From contig NC_042997.1 of NCBI RefSeq assembly GCF_006345805.1, positions 95,914,001 to 95,978,000 of the forward strand: a stretch of 64,000 nucleotides of DNA, written 5' to 3'. This DNA is from Octopus sinensis (lineage: Eukaryota). The notes below the pieces were generated by a model. That model was not told where the DNA came from. It saw only the letters and a program-made list of their open reading frames with translations, and searched no databases. Positions 1 to 13,300 of this stretch are shown one piece after another. Within the stretch, counting starts at the first letter, position 1. Every line of letters starts with the position of its first letter. The translations under genes were made by a program, and so were the position numbers.

Positions 1-260
1 TAAATGTATTCTGTACGAATACTTTTTTCACCCCTAAATATTAATAATTGTATATAAATTCATCAGTTATAATTCATTAGTTTCTTTTGCATATTCTTAG
101 TTTATGCATGTGTATGCAAAGCAAATATAGTATTGGTATATCCCATTTATGTTCATTAGAAATTAAATAAATAAGGAATTTTGACATGTACGAATATTTA
201 TTTCCCCCTCTGTATGTATGTGTGTATATATATAAATGATTACATACATGTATGTAAGTA

Positions 261-332
<72 letters not shown>

Positions 333-2954
333 TATTATATACATATCTTATATTTTACTTGTTCCACTCATTAGACTGCTGCCATATACACATGCATTCA
401 TACGTACTCTCTCACACACACACACACATATATATATATATGTGTGTGTGTGTGTATGTGTGTGATGTTTAATGGATGGTGGAATGATAAAGTATTTGAG
501 TATCTGATAGAAACGTGTACAAACTTGTATATTAAATCTAATTGCTTGCTCGTTTTCCTACGTCTGGCATTCCATTTTATTTTCTACTTAAACAGAATTA
601 ATTTTGTTTCACTCACGTCTAGACTCATTCATAAGTAGGCTTATTAATTGTAATCTTATACTGCATAAGCCAAACAGGTTGATGTAATTGTTACTATTTC
701 TAAATGTCTACATGTATAAATAGGTATAGTAATATATCACATTTCGTTAATTGCTGCGTGAATCATTAGATACGATTGACGAAGAATATCATTTGCATCC
801 TGTATTTGAGATTCTGTATTGTGAGTTGTATTACATTGCTGCTTAACTAGGTAGAAATTGGGTACAATAAAATAGTATAACATATAGTAAAATCTAATAT
901 GTCTCATAGTAGAAAACCGTGCAGTGTTGTAAGTAATTTTAAAGTGGTGATATGGAATCATTTCTTTTGGGTGTGCTTCGAAGGGGAATGTACACGCTTC
1001 AAGTAGGACTACTTCTTCACGAACGGGTATGAAGCAGTAAGTTGGATGTTAGACCGTTGTCGATTACCATCGTTGATGATCTCATCTCTAAGCTATCTCG
1101 AAAGCTATTTGAGCTTACAATGAGAGGATATTTTCATAGTACTAATGGAGGTTGCAAGCTCATTAATATTGTGGTATTTAGCCTGTAGTAGATAATCTAA
1201 TATGCAAATACAGATAGAGCTAGCAGGAAATTGATGGTAATCTAAGGGAAATACATATGCTCTGCTTTTACAGTTCCTTTTGGTAGAATAAGAATTAATC
1301 TGTATAATAATTACATGTATCCCCTTGCAACTCAGAAGTATTAGAAGTCACAATGATGACCTATCTCTGACCGACAGGTAAAAACGGTTTATAATTACGG
1401 ATGCCTTTGTTCTTTGGACACATGATTCAGAGTTAGATCCAGCTTATATTTGTTATCGTTAAATCAGCACTTTTGTATCACTTACTTCACGTAAGCCACA
1501 AAGTTTGTTATTTTCTCTTTATATTTTCTCTTTATAATAATCCGCGCCCACAGAAGAATCCAAATTCATACTCTGATATTAAGAAATAACATAGCTGATG
1601 TTGTTTAGACGGGCGAGACATTTCATTGTAACGCAAAAGACCTGACGACGTATACGTATTCCACTCATGTATAATCTACATATATATTCCAGTCATGTAT
1701 AATTCCACATCCAAAGAACAAACAATACTGAATAACAGTAACTGTTGGCTAACCAATTAGAGGAATTTTACGCATGATGACAAAAGACAAGATGAACATG
1801 GAATTTAAATATGAATTCGAAGTGTACCATGCATGAACTAGCTGTTATCGACCTCAATAAGGCGTGAACAACTTCATAGTCATCGCTGTCTTCTTCTTCT
1901 GTACGAACCATTTATTTCATTTAATTACCAGTGTCACTGGCTAGCTAATGGATTTCAAGTTTTTCCGCACTGTTTATGAAGATCATATCTAGAAGGTTAT
2001 GAAGGTTATAAATAGAAACTAGATATTACGTTTCACAGCGAAGATGAAAATAGATATTTATAGGCGCATACGTTTTCAAGGACATAAATAACATATGAAC
2101 ATGAAGTATTTGAAACACCTGTAAAACGTTGTCTGGAGAAAACATGCTCTAGACTTCTGTTTGTATGATCTTCTTATAAATGAGAAACACACTGATTAAC
2201 TAAGTATTAGATAAATAAGAGGGTGAAAATAGAAAAATAGAGAATTTTTGATGAGCATTTACGTCCGTAGTACATTGCTAGTATCTCCAAAGCAGAAATT
2301 CAGCGTAAAGACGTCTCACGAGAATAAAGCAACATTAAAAACAACTGAAGCCCACATACACCGACGAATATAAACCATAAATGAATCTTATTAAATGCTG
2401 TGTTTTTCTCCTTCAATTTCTCTGCCACAAAGAAATTATTCGGCAGATATAGATAACTGTGATAATTGTGAAACTACCATTATCTTCATAAATCTTCAAT
2501 GGAAAGTATAAATTATTTTTTTCTACTCTAGGCACATGGTTCGAAATTTTGGGGGAGGGGCAGTCTATTAAATCGACACGAGTACACAACTCGTACTTAA
2601 TTTATCGATCCTTCGGCAGAATGGAAAGTATAAATTAGTCGATGCTTATTCATAAGATTCACAGCGCAGTTTTCACACTAAAACTTATATCAACATATAT
2701 CAGCCGCCTTTGTGTATGTATACAATATACAGTTATACAAAAGTTCATAGACACATGGACATGCATTCAAATTCACACGCAGGGAACACACAAGAGAGGA
2801 ATAGTTACATATATAAGAGTGTGGGTGAGTCTGTGTAAAAGGCAGTGTTGTTGATGGGAATACATACAAACATATATACACACACAATGCATAATATTCT
2901 AGTTTTTACATTTGGATTCATAATTCGACGGTATTTCTATTATACATATAAATT

Positions 2955-3024
<70 letters not shown>

Positions 3025-3043
3025 ATGTATGTATCTATCTATC

Positions 3044-3078
<35 letters not shown>

Positions 3079-3081
3079 ATA

Positions 3082-3421
3082 TGATGACCCCCTTCGGTCA
3101 GACACTGACCATGGGTTTGCACTTACAGAGTTACCCTCTGAGGCACAAGTCTGGGCAAGGTTGTTTTATGGAAGACCAGCAGTCGCCCATGCATACCTGC
3201 CTCCCCTCTCCACGTCACCGATGTTGTCCAAGGGAAAGGCAAGGGCCGATACAGCTTGGCACCTGTGACGTCGCAACTCATTTCTACAGCTGAGTGAACT
3301 GGAGCAACGTGAAATAAAGTGTCTTGCTCAAGAACACAACACACAGCCTAGTCCGGGATTCGAGCTCACAACCTCACGATCGTAAGCTCGATGCTCTAAC
3401 CACTGAGCCACGTGCCTTCAC
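3082..3421 (-). mobile_element. tRNA-derived SINE, family C (CORE-like centre)
   Basis: Minus GTGGCTCAGTGGTTAGAGC A box, GCTCGAATCCC B box, then TTGAGCAAGACACTTTATTTCACGTTGCTCCAGTTCACTCAGCTG. Confidence 0.85.
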
Positions 3422-3789
3422 GCAATGTATATATATATATACATATATATATATATGTATGTATGTACATATATACGCACACACAAGCACCCGCCCACAC
3501 ACTCACACATATATATATTTCACGAATTATAACTATAAATAAAGCAAAAAGATATTTGAACATTAAGTTAAGGCTATATTGAAATATAATTGCTAAAATA
3601 TTCACCACGTTTCTTTCTTTAGTTTTATGAAGCCTCTTCGTTTCAACTATATTCAATTTTCCGCTTATTATTCTTCCTAAATCTAATATCGTTTCTAAAT
3701 TGGTCTCATTAAATAACCTTACCTGAAAAGCTGAAAAGATATTCTCAACTGTTATTGGGAAGTAATTAGACATGTAATATATATACATA

Positions 3790-3845
<56 letters not shown>

Positions 3846-4177
3846 TATTTGTTTCAGACGACGGCTATGCTGTACAAACGCCTTTAGTCGAGTAAATCGC
3901 TCCCAGGACTTAGTATTCATAAGCCTAGTACTTATTTTATCGGTCTTTTTTGCCGAACCGCTAGTTTACAGAAACGTAGACACACTAGCATCAGTTGTCA
4001 AGTGATGTTGGGGGAGGGGACAAACACAGACAAACAAACGTATACATATATATATATATATGTGTGTGTGGTGTGTGTGTGTGTATATGATGGGCTTCTT
4101 TCAGTTTCCGTCTATCAAATCCACTCACAAGGCTTTGGTCGACCCGAGGCTACAGTAGAAACACAATCACTCCTGCG

Positions 4178-4224
<47 letters not shown>

Positions 4225-4421
4225 TATGTACCTGAGTAAGCACGTAAATATGAAGCAAGGTGGAAAAAAAGCATACTTAAATACCAGAGGTAGAGTAATA
4301 TGCTTTGTTTAGAAGCAGCAGAAATATAACAAAAGACGAACGGGAACGTCAAAATCTGTGTAACAGCTTTTGATATATTTCTGCTGCTTTTAAATAAAGT
4401 AGCTATATATATATATATATA

Positions 4422-4730
4422 TACTTCTAATTTGGATAAATTTTTTTCCAATAATACCTGTTCTGCTAAAATCGAGGAAAGAAAGCTAACGGAATTTAAA
4501 AAAATATTTTATCTCTATATTGAATCAATTTGGGGATTAATCCAACGGATTTTCCCCTCATCAGAAGAGAATACGATAAGAAATAAATTTAATACTTACA
4601 AGCACCCATGGAAAAAAGCAGAAGTAATAGTCATGAGTATACATAAGTACCCGAGATATACCATTGACCAGTCTCGAAGTGAATGGTAATAGATTTACTT
4701 CTAATGTTGGATAAAAATTTTTTTCCAAAA
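4422..4730 (-). repeat. 274-bp-period repeat remnant with a degenerate hammerhead
   Basis: TACTTCTAAT(G)TTGGATAAA...TTTTTCCA at 4422 and 4696. Minus strand 4513-4569: CTCTT-CTGATGA-GGGGA..AATCC/GGATT..TCCCC-AAA(G12 missing)-TTGATTCAA-TA-TAGAG. Confidence 0.5.
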
Positions 4731-5245
4731 ATTTCATTAAGTGGCCAGCATATTAAAATACCTTTAAAGTTATATTCACGGTGATGTATGTATTGTATAT
4801 GGTGAATGACGATTTAAAGTCTATGTCTCAGCATCCTTTTATTTGTTTAAGTTATTTGACAGCGGATATGCTGGGCCTTTACTCGAATAAATCGACCCTA
4901 AAACTTATTCTTTGCAAGCCCAGTACTTATTCTATCGGTCTGTTCGACGAATCACTAAGTTACGGGGACTGAAGCACACCAACATCGTTCGTCGAGCTAT
5001 AATGGGGGTACCAACACAGACACACAAACACACGTATATATGTATACATGTCTACCAAATCCACTCAAGGCTTTGGTCGGCCCGAGGCTATAGTAGAAGA
5101 CACTTGCCCAATGTGCCACACCGTGGGACTGAACCCGGAACCGTGTGGTTGGTAAACAAGCTACTTACCACACGTGTGTAGACGTGTCTGCATGTATGTA
5201 TATAAATACGAGCGTATATGCATACATACACACACACATACATAA

Positions 5246-5276
<31 letters not shown>

Positions 5277-5513
5277 CATACATACATACATACATACATA
5301 CAGATAGACAGATATACATAAACACATGTAAATCATGAACTACCTGTTACTTTCTAAGATGCAGCCAGACGTTTTGTCAGTGAACAGGTTGCGGTTTCAT
5401 GGGGACGAAAATATTTTGACACAAATTAAATTTAAGTCTTGCGGTCAAAATAACGATTTTTCTGTGTTCTTAAATGGCTTACAAACATCTCCCACGCTGC
5501 AAATGTGTGTGTA

Positions 5514-5562
<49 letters not shown>

Positions 5563-5851
5563 GCACGCGTGCACACACAGAGATAGGGACATTGCTGACG
5601 CTATAAGAATTTTATAAATTTTTGTTAGATCATGAAATAATTGCGTTGAAATATTGGATCACGAAACACATAACAAGAGCATACAAATAACAGCATGTAA
5701 ATATCGGGTTGAAAAACATATTTGGATAGAAAATAAATCGAATATCGTCGACATTTGTCTGGTCCAACGTGTTTTTCTACCCAAAATTTAATGACTTTTA
5801 TTCATATCTTGATGTCATATGCATCAAGGATTCAGTGTTCAAAAACAGATG

Positions 5852-5946
<95 letters not shown>

Positions 5947-6099
5947 CTATATGTTTGTGTATGTATATATGTATATGTATATATACACATATACAAACAT
6001 ACACTCACATATACGTAATTCTTTCTGCGAACTGGATCTCGCAGTACAGAAATGCTACGAATAATTTAATGTGAATTTGGATTGTAAAACAGAGTTAAG

Positions 6100-7400
6100 A
6101 TGACTCGAGGAAACAGGCTTCGCATGACTAAACCAGATACATTTCTCGTCCCTACGTTGTTGCATATGTGTAACTTTGAAGTGCGGAAGAATAAGGGAAA
6201 ATGAAAGTTGGTATTATCGGAATGATATGGATGACGTTGGCAACAAATGTATGTTGATCATTGACTTGTACAACTGAACTTGTAATCGAAGAGAAATCAG
6301 GTAGTTGTTGGAAATTTGTATGCAAGATAGTTGGAAATTTAAGTAATATCAGGAAAAAACCATTGAGTTAGTAAATTTATTTTCGTCAAGATCTGAATGA
6401 TATTGAATGTAGGGGAGTAGGTCTCTATGAGAACTGGATCTACGGAAGCAGTAAAGATATTCATTAACAGGAAAGTGAGATCCGTATTGCTGGAAATTTT
6501 ATTAGTAATGGCTGTTTTCTTAATACTTGAGGTAATGGAACTGAGGACAACAAGGCAGGACTGTTCTTTTGGGACATCGAGCATAGTTAACTTTTTTTAA
6601 TGACCAATCTATCTATTTGAAAGAAAAAAGAGATTCGTTTAGTGAATTTGAGGACTAGATCTGTGGCGTAGTGTTGTGGGTAACAGAATGGACATTGTCA
6701 GGATCTATAACTTCTGAAGTGGCCGGATGAACTTTAGTGGTAAGCACGGTAGATATTTTGTTGGAGTAGAAATAGGGAGATTTATCTATTGTGCACAGTG
6801 AAGATTTGGATGAACAATATAATAGTCCTGTATTCATTGCTCCTCGGCTGAAGAACTGCACACGAGACCACCATGGTTAAAAAGTAAAGAGAGAAGTATT
6901 CCGTAAATTTGGTGGAGACAACAGTGTCACGCAATCAGAAAGGCTTGATACAATTTTTTTTTTAAGTGGAATAGCTTGAAAACTTTATAATGTATGGAGG
7001 TAACTTATGCAGTTCGGACGATGATCTTACAAGAATTGTTGCTGACCGGTGTGGGTGAAGCGTGATATTTATTTCGAGATGTTTGGGATCTTAATTTTTG
7101 ACTGAACAACAATAGCGTTTTGAGATATTTTTCTGTGAGATGTGGAAGGTCATGTCTGAAATAATGAACTTAATGACACAACTGCTTTCGATGAATCAGC
7201 GGAAGTGCTCATGTAATGCCTTCTCTGAATGGCACAAAACTTGTGGATTTCCATCCATCCAACAGACATGAAGTGTCATACTGACGGAGTGCAAAATGTG
7301 ATATATTGTGTGTGGATGCGTGCAGTGTAGGGTGAATAAGGAGGTAGAGTAAGAGTTCAGACAAGTTTAAATTGTTAGTATTTTGCAGAACCGAGTATAG
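6100..7400 (-). pseudogene. Possible highly decayed Penelope-type reverse transcriptase remnant
   Basis: Minus-strand ORF pieces contain ETYSPTFNIIQILTK (cf. PLE SPTYNLAKxL) and KSPYFYSNKI (cf. PxFYGLPKIHK). Many disruptions; boundaries approximate. Confidence 0.35.
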
Positions 7401-7952
7401 GGACATGAAAATAGGTTGATATAATGTCTCAGATCACAAAATATTCGGTTTGAACACCGGTGATAATAGAGTATACATGTATATCAACGGTTATAAGGTG
7501 GGATGCGTGTATGTGATTGTGTGTGAATGTGATAGAAATAAATACATTGCAAATAAAACGAGAATCGAAAATATTTCTTCCCAAAAAGTTTAGCAAAGAG
7601 ATTAATAAAACGCAGTGTATGTGTATGTATGTGTGTTGTGTGCTTGTGTGTGTATCATATATACACACACTCACATTGATGATTCAAAATTATACAACAT
7701 GAAAAATAAGCAAAAGATTATATAGGTATATATTAGCGCCCCAGACAAAAGCAAAGGGAAAATTCTGCCTTTGTTTGGGAATACATTAAAAATGCGTGTG
7801 TATATTTACATTTAATATCGGTACGTGTATGTTTGTTCAACTTATATATACATACATATATATATGGGTGGATGCTACTGTAGTTTGTAGCCCCAGGAAG
7901 ATATCTCCTCCAGCTGGCTATAGACACACTATCTGTGCCCTATCAGTATTTG

Positions 7953-8009
7953 TGATTGTCACACGCTGATGATAGGTAAACACCTTGAAACTCGAGTCCG
8001 TGTGTATCA
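7953..8009 (+). ncRNA. Type I hammerhead ribozyme motif, copy 1
   Basis: TGAT-tgt-CACACG / CTGATGA (7966-7972) / T-AGGT-aaac-ACCT-T / GAAA (7987-7990) / C-TCGA-G / TC, cleavage after C7998 / CGTGTG-t-ATCA. All core bases present, GUC triplet, palindromic loop III. Confidence 0.88.
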
Positions 8010-8305
8010 TAAGTAGAAGACGGGAAGGATGACTTCCCTTCAAAAATACTGATAGGGCACAGATAGTGAGTCTATAGCCAGCTGGAGGAGATATCTTCCT
8101 GGGGCTACAAACTACAGTAGCATCCACCCTTAGGGGTTAACCATATTCAAATGGCAAATATCCGTCACGATGTGTTACCGCTACTGTTTATAACTCGCTC
8201 TGAGATTTATCATTGTTTGATTTCACTTTTTCAATATCAGTGTCAATCGACACTGGAAAAAGTATATGTATTTGTGAGAGAAAACTGAATTCTCGTCGAC
8301 AACTA

Positions 8306-8362
8306 TGATTGTCACACGCTGATGATAGGTAAACACCTTGAAACTCGAGTCCGTGTGTATCA
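8306..8362 (+). ncRNA. Type I hammerhead ribozyme motif, copy 2
   Basis: Identical to copy 1; predicted cleavage after C8351, 353 nt downstream of the first site. Confidence 0.88.
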
Positions 8363-8567
8363 TAAGTTGAAGACGGGAAGGATGACTTCCCTTCAAAAAT
8401 ACTGATATGGCACAGATAGTGTGTCTATAGCCAGCTGGAGGAGATATCTTCCTGGGGCTACAAACTACAGTAGCATCCACCCTTAGGGGTTAGCCATATT
8501 CAAATGGCAAATATGCGTCACTATGTGTTAGCGCTACTGTTTATAACTCGCTCTGAGATTTATCATT

Positions 8568-8603
<36 letters not shown>

Positions 8604-8661
8604 TATATATATGTATACATATATGTATGTATACATGTATATATATATATATATATGTATG

Positions 8662-8715
<54 letters not shown>

Positions 8716-8719
<4 letters not shown>

Positions 8720-9350
8720 AAATGGGACAAGAACGCAAAACATCCGGACAGTCAGGTGATACAAAAATGGGACAACAAATCATCCAGATAGACGATACAA
8801 AGGAAACAAGGACGGTTCATTCGAAGTTTTTTTATCTTCATTTGAGTACCAGATTATCTTTGCAATTTCAGCTGATTATACTTGAGATTGCTCCATTGTG
8901 GCCAGCCCCAAGGAAAAACTATGCTAAGAGCATTAGACATAACAACTGGAGTCTTTCGACTAAGTACGAATTAAATTAAGCTGGTGTGTGTGGAAATGAA
9001 GCCTTACAGCACGGATACAAGATTTAACAGGTACAAGGAGGAATGTCGATGCTGCATGGACAACGACCAGACCAAGGAAGAAAGATCGGGCTAGGCCGAA
9101 CGCCGGTCAGGTGGGAAGAGAAGAGAGAGAGGTAGAGGCAGACGGACAGAAGAATTAAGAAGGGACGAGAAAAAATGACAGGGACACGGTGGAGGGAAAA
9201 GTAGAGGAAAAGTGAGCAAGAAGAGAAGGCAAACAGATGTGAGAGAGGGGGAACCAAAGAACGAAGTGTAGAATGAACGAATAAGCGTGAAAGGGCTGAT
9301 AGACAGAAATAGAGTCGTACAAGTTTTAGAAGAATGTATACTTACTTATA
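8716..9350 (-). mobile_element. Fragment of the same putative PLE-end family (opposite orientation)
   Basis: GGACAAGAACGCAAAACAT, GACGATACAAA, GCAATTTCAGCTGATT, GAGATTGCTCC..GGCCAGCCCCAAGGAAAA are reverse complements of segments at 16660-16830. Confidence 0.55.
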
Positions 9351-10048
9351 AGTGACCAAAGTACGCCGCTATATATATATATATATATATATCTTTATAG
9401 AGCAGAAATGATTGTGGGACCCAAACTGAGATTCAAATGGATATCCTGTGCATGTTGCAGATGTCTGGAATCAATTTCCTTTCATTAAATATAAACCCAC
9501 CTTAAACAACCATAGATATATGAGAATATACACGTAAATAAACAAACTTCCTTTTAGTAACATTTCGCGGTGTTTTTGCGCTCCATTACAACACTGCGTG
9601 TGAGTGCGTACTAGTGTATGTACTAGTGTGTGACCATGTGTGTGTATGTGCGTATGTGTTTGCTTGTGTGTGCGTATATATGTGTCTGTGAGTCCTTGGT
9701 TGCTTGTGTCTGTTTATGAACAAATGCATATTTACAAATATCACAATGGTAGACATATTGCCGACAGCTATCACTACTGAAAGACAGGCCTTTTTCTTAC
9801 TTATTTTTGTGGATGTTGAAGTAATATGTTTACTTAACACCAACCGTCGTACGCACTTTTTATATTGCAATTTTATCTTATTTATATTGACTTAGTATCA
9901 TTACAATTATAACAGAAGTAAATGACAAAGAAAATTTTAAATGTTATAGAATGGGAAAATATAATGTTTCAAAATCCCGGAGAATGCAGGAGATAATTAG
10001 GTTGCAGCTTATTTCAATTATTCAGAATCAGAATCAAAAGGATGAAGT

Positions 10049-10357
10049 TCATAAAAATTGGTTCGTCCTATCCTGTAGTTCGTCTCCCTCTTTGCAATTT
10101 GGTAAGCTACTTATAGTAGTTTTTCCATTTGATTGCTCTGCCAAGCTTGCACTTCCTGAAGAGTAAACATGTAAACGACTGCTCTGTTTTTTAAATTGTT
10201 TCTGATTCCTTATTCGACTTCGAATAGACATCATGGCGACGACATCTGATTGTGACAAAAAGAGAGATGATGTACGAGAGCTTCTACGGCGCATGCTGTG
10301 TTTCATACTTCGACTGATCATAAACCTTCGCCATTTTTTCGTGATCACAGACTGTAC
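10049..10357 (-). CDS. Class B1 GPCR last coding exon: helix 8 and C-terminal tail
   Basis: tttctcatcttaaag|GTACAG, translates VQSVITKKWRRFMISRSMKHSMRRRSSRTSS...DRTNQFL*. Continues NGE|VQ in phase 0; Ser/Thr/basic tail typical of GPCR C-termini. Confidence 0.88.
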   Translation of the reverse strand, partial: VQSVITKKWRRFMISRSMKHSMRRRSSRTSSLFLSQSDVVAMMSIRSRIRNQKQFKKQSSRLHVYSSGSASLAEQSNGKTTISSLPNCKEGDELQDRTNQFL

Positions 10358-13300
10358 CTTTAAGATGAGAAATTAGAAAAATATATTCACACAATTTGAA
10401 AATACATTTTAAGATAAAAGAGTATATATTTTTGTTTTTCAAAGTAATATTCAATTTTTCTCTGTACATTTCAACCTAACTTTGTGGCGTTTCAAGCCTG
10501 TAATTTTGCCAAGATTTGATACTCCATATTTATAAAAGGAAATTATGCGTTTTCATATGAAAGATGTTGATAAAGTTAACGAGGAAATTAGAGTGATTAT
10601 TTCCAATATCTAACATTTAAAATTATCATTATTGTGTTAATTAATGAAAATTGAAAGATTGCAGTAGAAGCATTTTCAGTTGACTAAATCTTACAGGAAA
10701 AAAATGAAATAAAATCAGAAGAGAAGTTAAATTATGAACAGAATATTCCTCGAGTTCTGCAATTTTGCCATGATCATAGAAAGCAAAATACTTTTTTCAA
10801 AGAGCATAAAATTTGAATATTTGCAAGACATTTTATTGTTCCTAAGTAGTCGAAATGTGTGGACTTAATTAGAAAGAAGGCAGTAGTAAAACGAAAACAT
10901 TATTCACAAACGAAAAAAATGCTTTAAAAAATAAACTTATTCTAAGAGACGATCAAAGAACAAATTGTATGCAGGTCAAAATATTTTAAATCAATTTTTT
11001 TTTTAATTTCTGAAATATTACGACGTCATGCGAAAAGTTTTGCTGAATACGTTTTTTGAAAAATCTGATTTAGCTGCTGATTTTATTGTTGTTGTTACTA
11101 GAAAGTTACTTGGTTCCAGCAAGAACAACTAAAAAGCTAGATTGCGAATAAAATCTTCATATCATGTGAGCAGTGTACAATCTGAGTAGAAACATATAGT
11201 AAGAAAAGTGAGAGTCAACAACGATTTTAGTGTGAAATTTAGCATGAGAGTACGTGTCCACCAAAAGCCCAATACTCAGTCGCTTCCTAATCGTTATAGC
11301 CCTACAGACCATCACAGAGAAGTTTAAGACTGGTTTCTCATTGAAATTCTGATGCGCTAATGATTTATTCCTTAGAGCTGAATCTATTGGGAAATAGGAG
11401 AGGAAATTCCAGCCTTGGAATTTAATTTTATAATTGGCAGGCGTTCAGGAAAAGCTTGCAAAGTCGAAGATTTTAGTATGGCTGAAAGAAGACAAGAGAT
11501 TAGTATCTTCAGACAAATGGCTTGCCTCGAAAAGCAGTAAAGGAATAGGCATAATACCCAATGTGCGATACGGACATATATGAGATGTATTGAAATTACA
11601 GGCACACTCAGAGAAAGCGTAAGTTTCGTGTGTAATATACGCATGGGAACAGTACATAGTGTGATCACACAGGAAATAGCTTCTCTTAAATATCCTGAAT
11701 GTACGAAAGGCAAAGATGTCCCCGACAAAATTTTAATTCCGAACGTAGATATAACGGCGTGCTAAGCATTCTGTCATCGCCTTTCATTGCATTTACATTA
11801 TACTGCTTTTCTTAATGCTTATGCTTCTCTAAGTACATATTCCATGATTTTATTTCAGATTCTACTATCTATTGTAACTGTTTTCTAACTCAAAATGCTA
11901 TAATTACTTCAGCATTAAAATAGTAAATTAAGAAAAATAACTTACGATATAAACTTCAAAAATTGCAAGTGCATAACGTATAAATTCCAGTCCATTTTAT
12001 TTAGCTAAATACTATAATCAATTCAATATAACCTTAAGTTAAGATAAAACAAGGGGCAACGATTAAAATAATAATTTAAATACTAATTATGGTTGACGGT
12101 GTTTGTAAACATGCATCAATTAACTGTATTTGAATAGCAATTCATCTTTGCTGTATTCAAATAGCAATGTATCACAGGGTTTAATACCCCATTTTTTCTC
12201 ACTGCCCATAGAAGTGTATTACGCGCACAACATTATAAAATCACCCAAGTTTATGGAGGCAGCTTCTACTTAGCCATATTATCTATTAGAAATGGCAACC
12301 AAGTATCCTTCTAATCATAATTTAGTCTTGAATTAGGAAATACTACGTTAGTTAGTCTAATTCTGTATCTCCTCTCACCTTGCATAATATGAAACTTGAA
12401 TAATATCCGAAATCCCGAGGCTTGCTAGCGCTACATCTAAGGTAATTGATGCTAATACATAAACTACATAGAAAATTTATTATGGGAAGTGAGTGAAAGA
12501 AATTGTTAACTAAAGAAAATTGTAAAGTATGACTTCCTTGATTCCTTTACTTGTGTGAATATTACTTCTAAGCATTCTTTTACTGCGGTAAAAAGAGTGA
12601 GGCAGAGTGACAGAGAGAGTGGGAAAGAAATAGAAAGAGAGACGAGCATTGTGTACATCTATTATTCGCAACGAGTGTCAAAGTTTATGTGTGTGTTCTC
12701 AAATGTGAAAGAGCTTGCATGTGTTTAGTTCTTCTCTTGATAAAAACAACGTTTTAAAATGGGTATAATTAAGCTTATTTGACCGAGGTGGCAGTATATC
12801 AAGGTAGCATGTGAAGAATTATAGAATTATTATTCTTTTATCCTTTTACCGCTGAATTGCAAGGCTCCCCACTAACGCACTTCACACTCGTAAGTTAAGT
12901 GCACATACTTATAAATTGCTACCATGCAGTGTACAACTAACTTAGGAAATGTACACGTTGTAGAATTCTTGGGTATAATCAGTCTCATATTTATTTTCTC
13001 GAACTTGCAAATGATTACTGTTGGAAGAAAGGTTCTGACAATGCAGTTGTCGAAGACTATTACGTAAATTTACTAATACGGTAATAATAATACCATTATG
13101 TCTTGCAGATATTGAATTCATATTATGCCTGACAATCTTTTCAAATTCAGATGTTGCTTGAAAGTAGGAAAACAATCAACAGAGCTATTAGATATTGTAA
13201 AATTAAACCCACAGCTCTGTTGTTTCTACAAACTCATTAACTGACATTAAATATTTAATAAGGATAAATAACCTATGTGGAAGCCCCAATGTGGTCCTTC

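Larger units (their letters stand above)
7866..8567 (+). mobile_element. Retrozyme-like tandem repeat (353-nt period) with two type I hammerheads and an 86-bp inverted 5' arm
   Basis: 7953-8214 is repeated at 8306-8567; 7866-7951 is the reverse complement of 8044-8129 (1 mismatch); each unit starts with a complete HHR. Confidence 0.85.

Noticed and set aside
3350-3421. tRNA genes (also ~47620-47683 and ~34770-34837)
   Set aside because: They have A and B boxes but continue into SINE bodies; no complete cloverleaf was seen.
11160-11765. Open frames near 11.2-11.8 kb on both strands as exons
   Set aside because: No recognisable motif and no consistent splice phases.
12379-12463. AG/GT-bounded candidate extra GPCR exon in the last intron
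   Set aside because: In the required phase 0 it reads TTT ATG TAT TAG (stop), its 85-nt length breaks the frame, and the flanking exons already join correctly.
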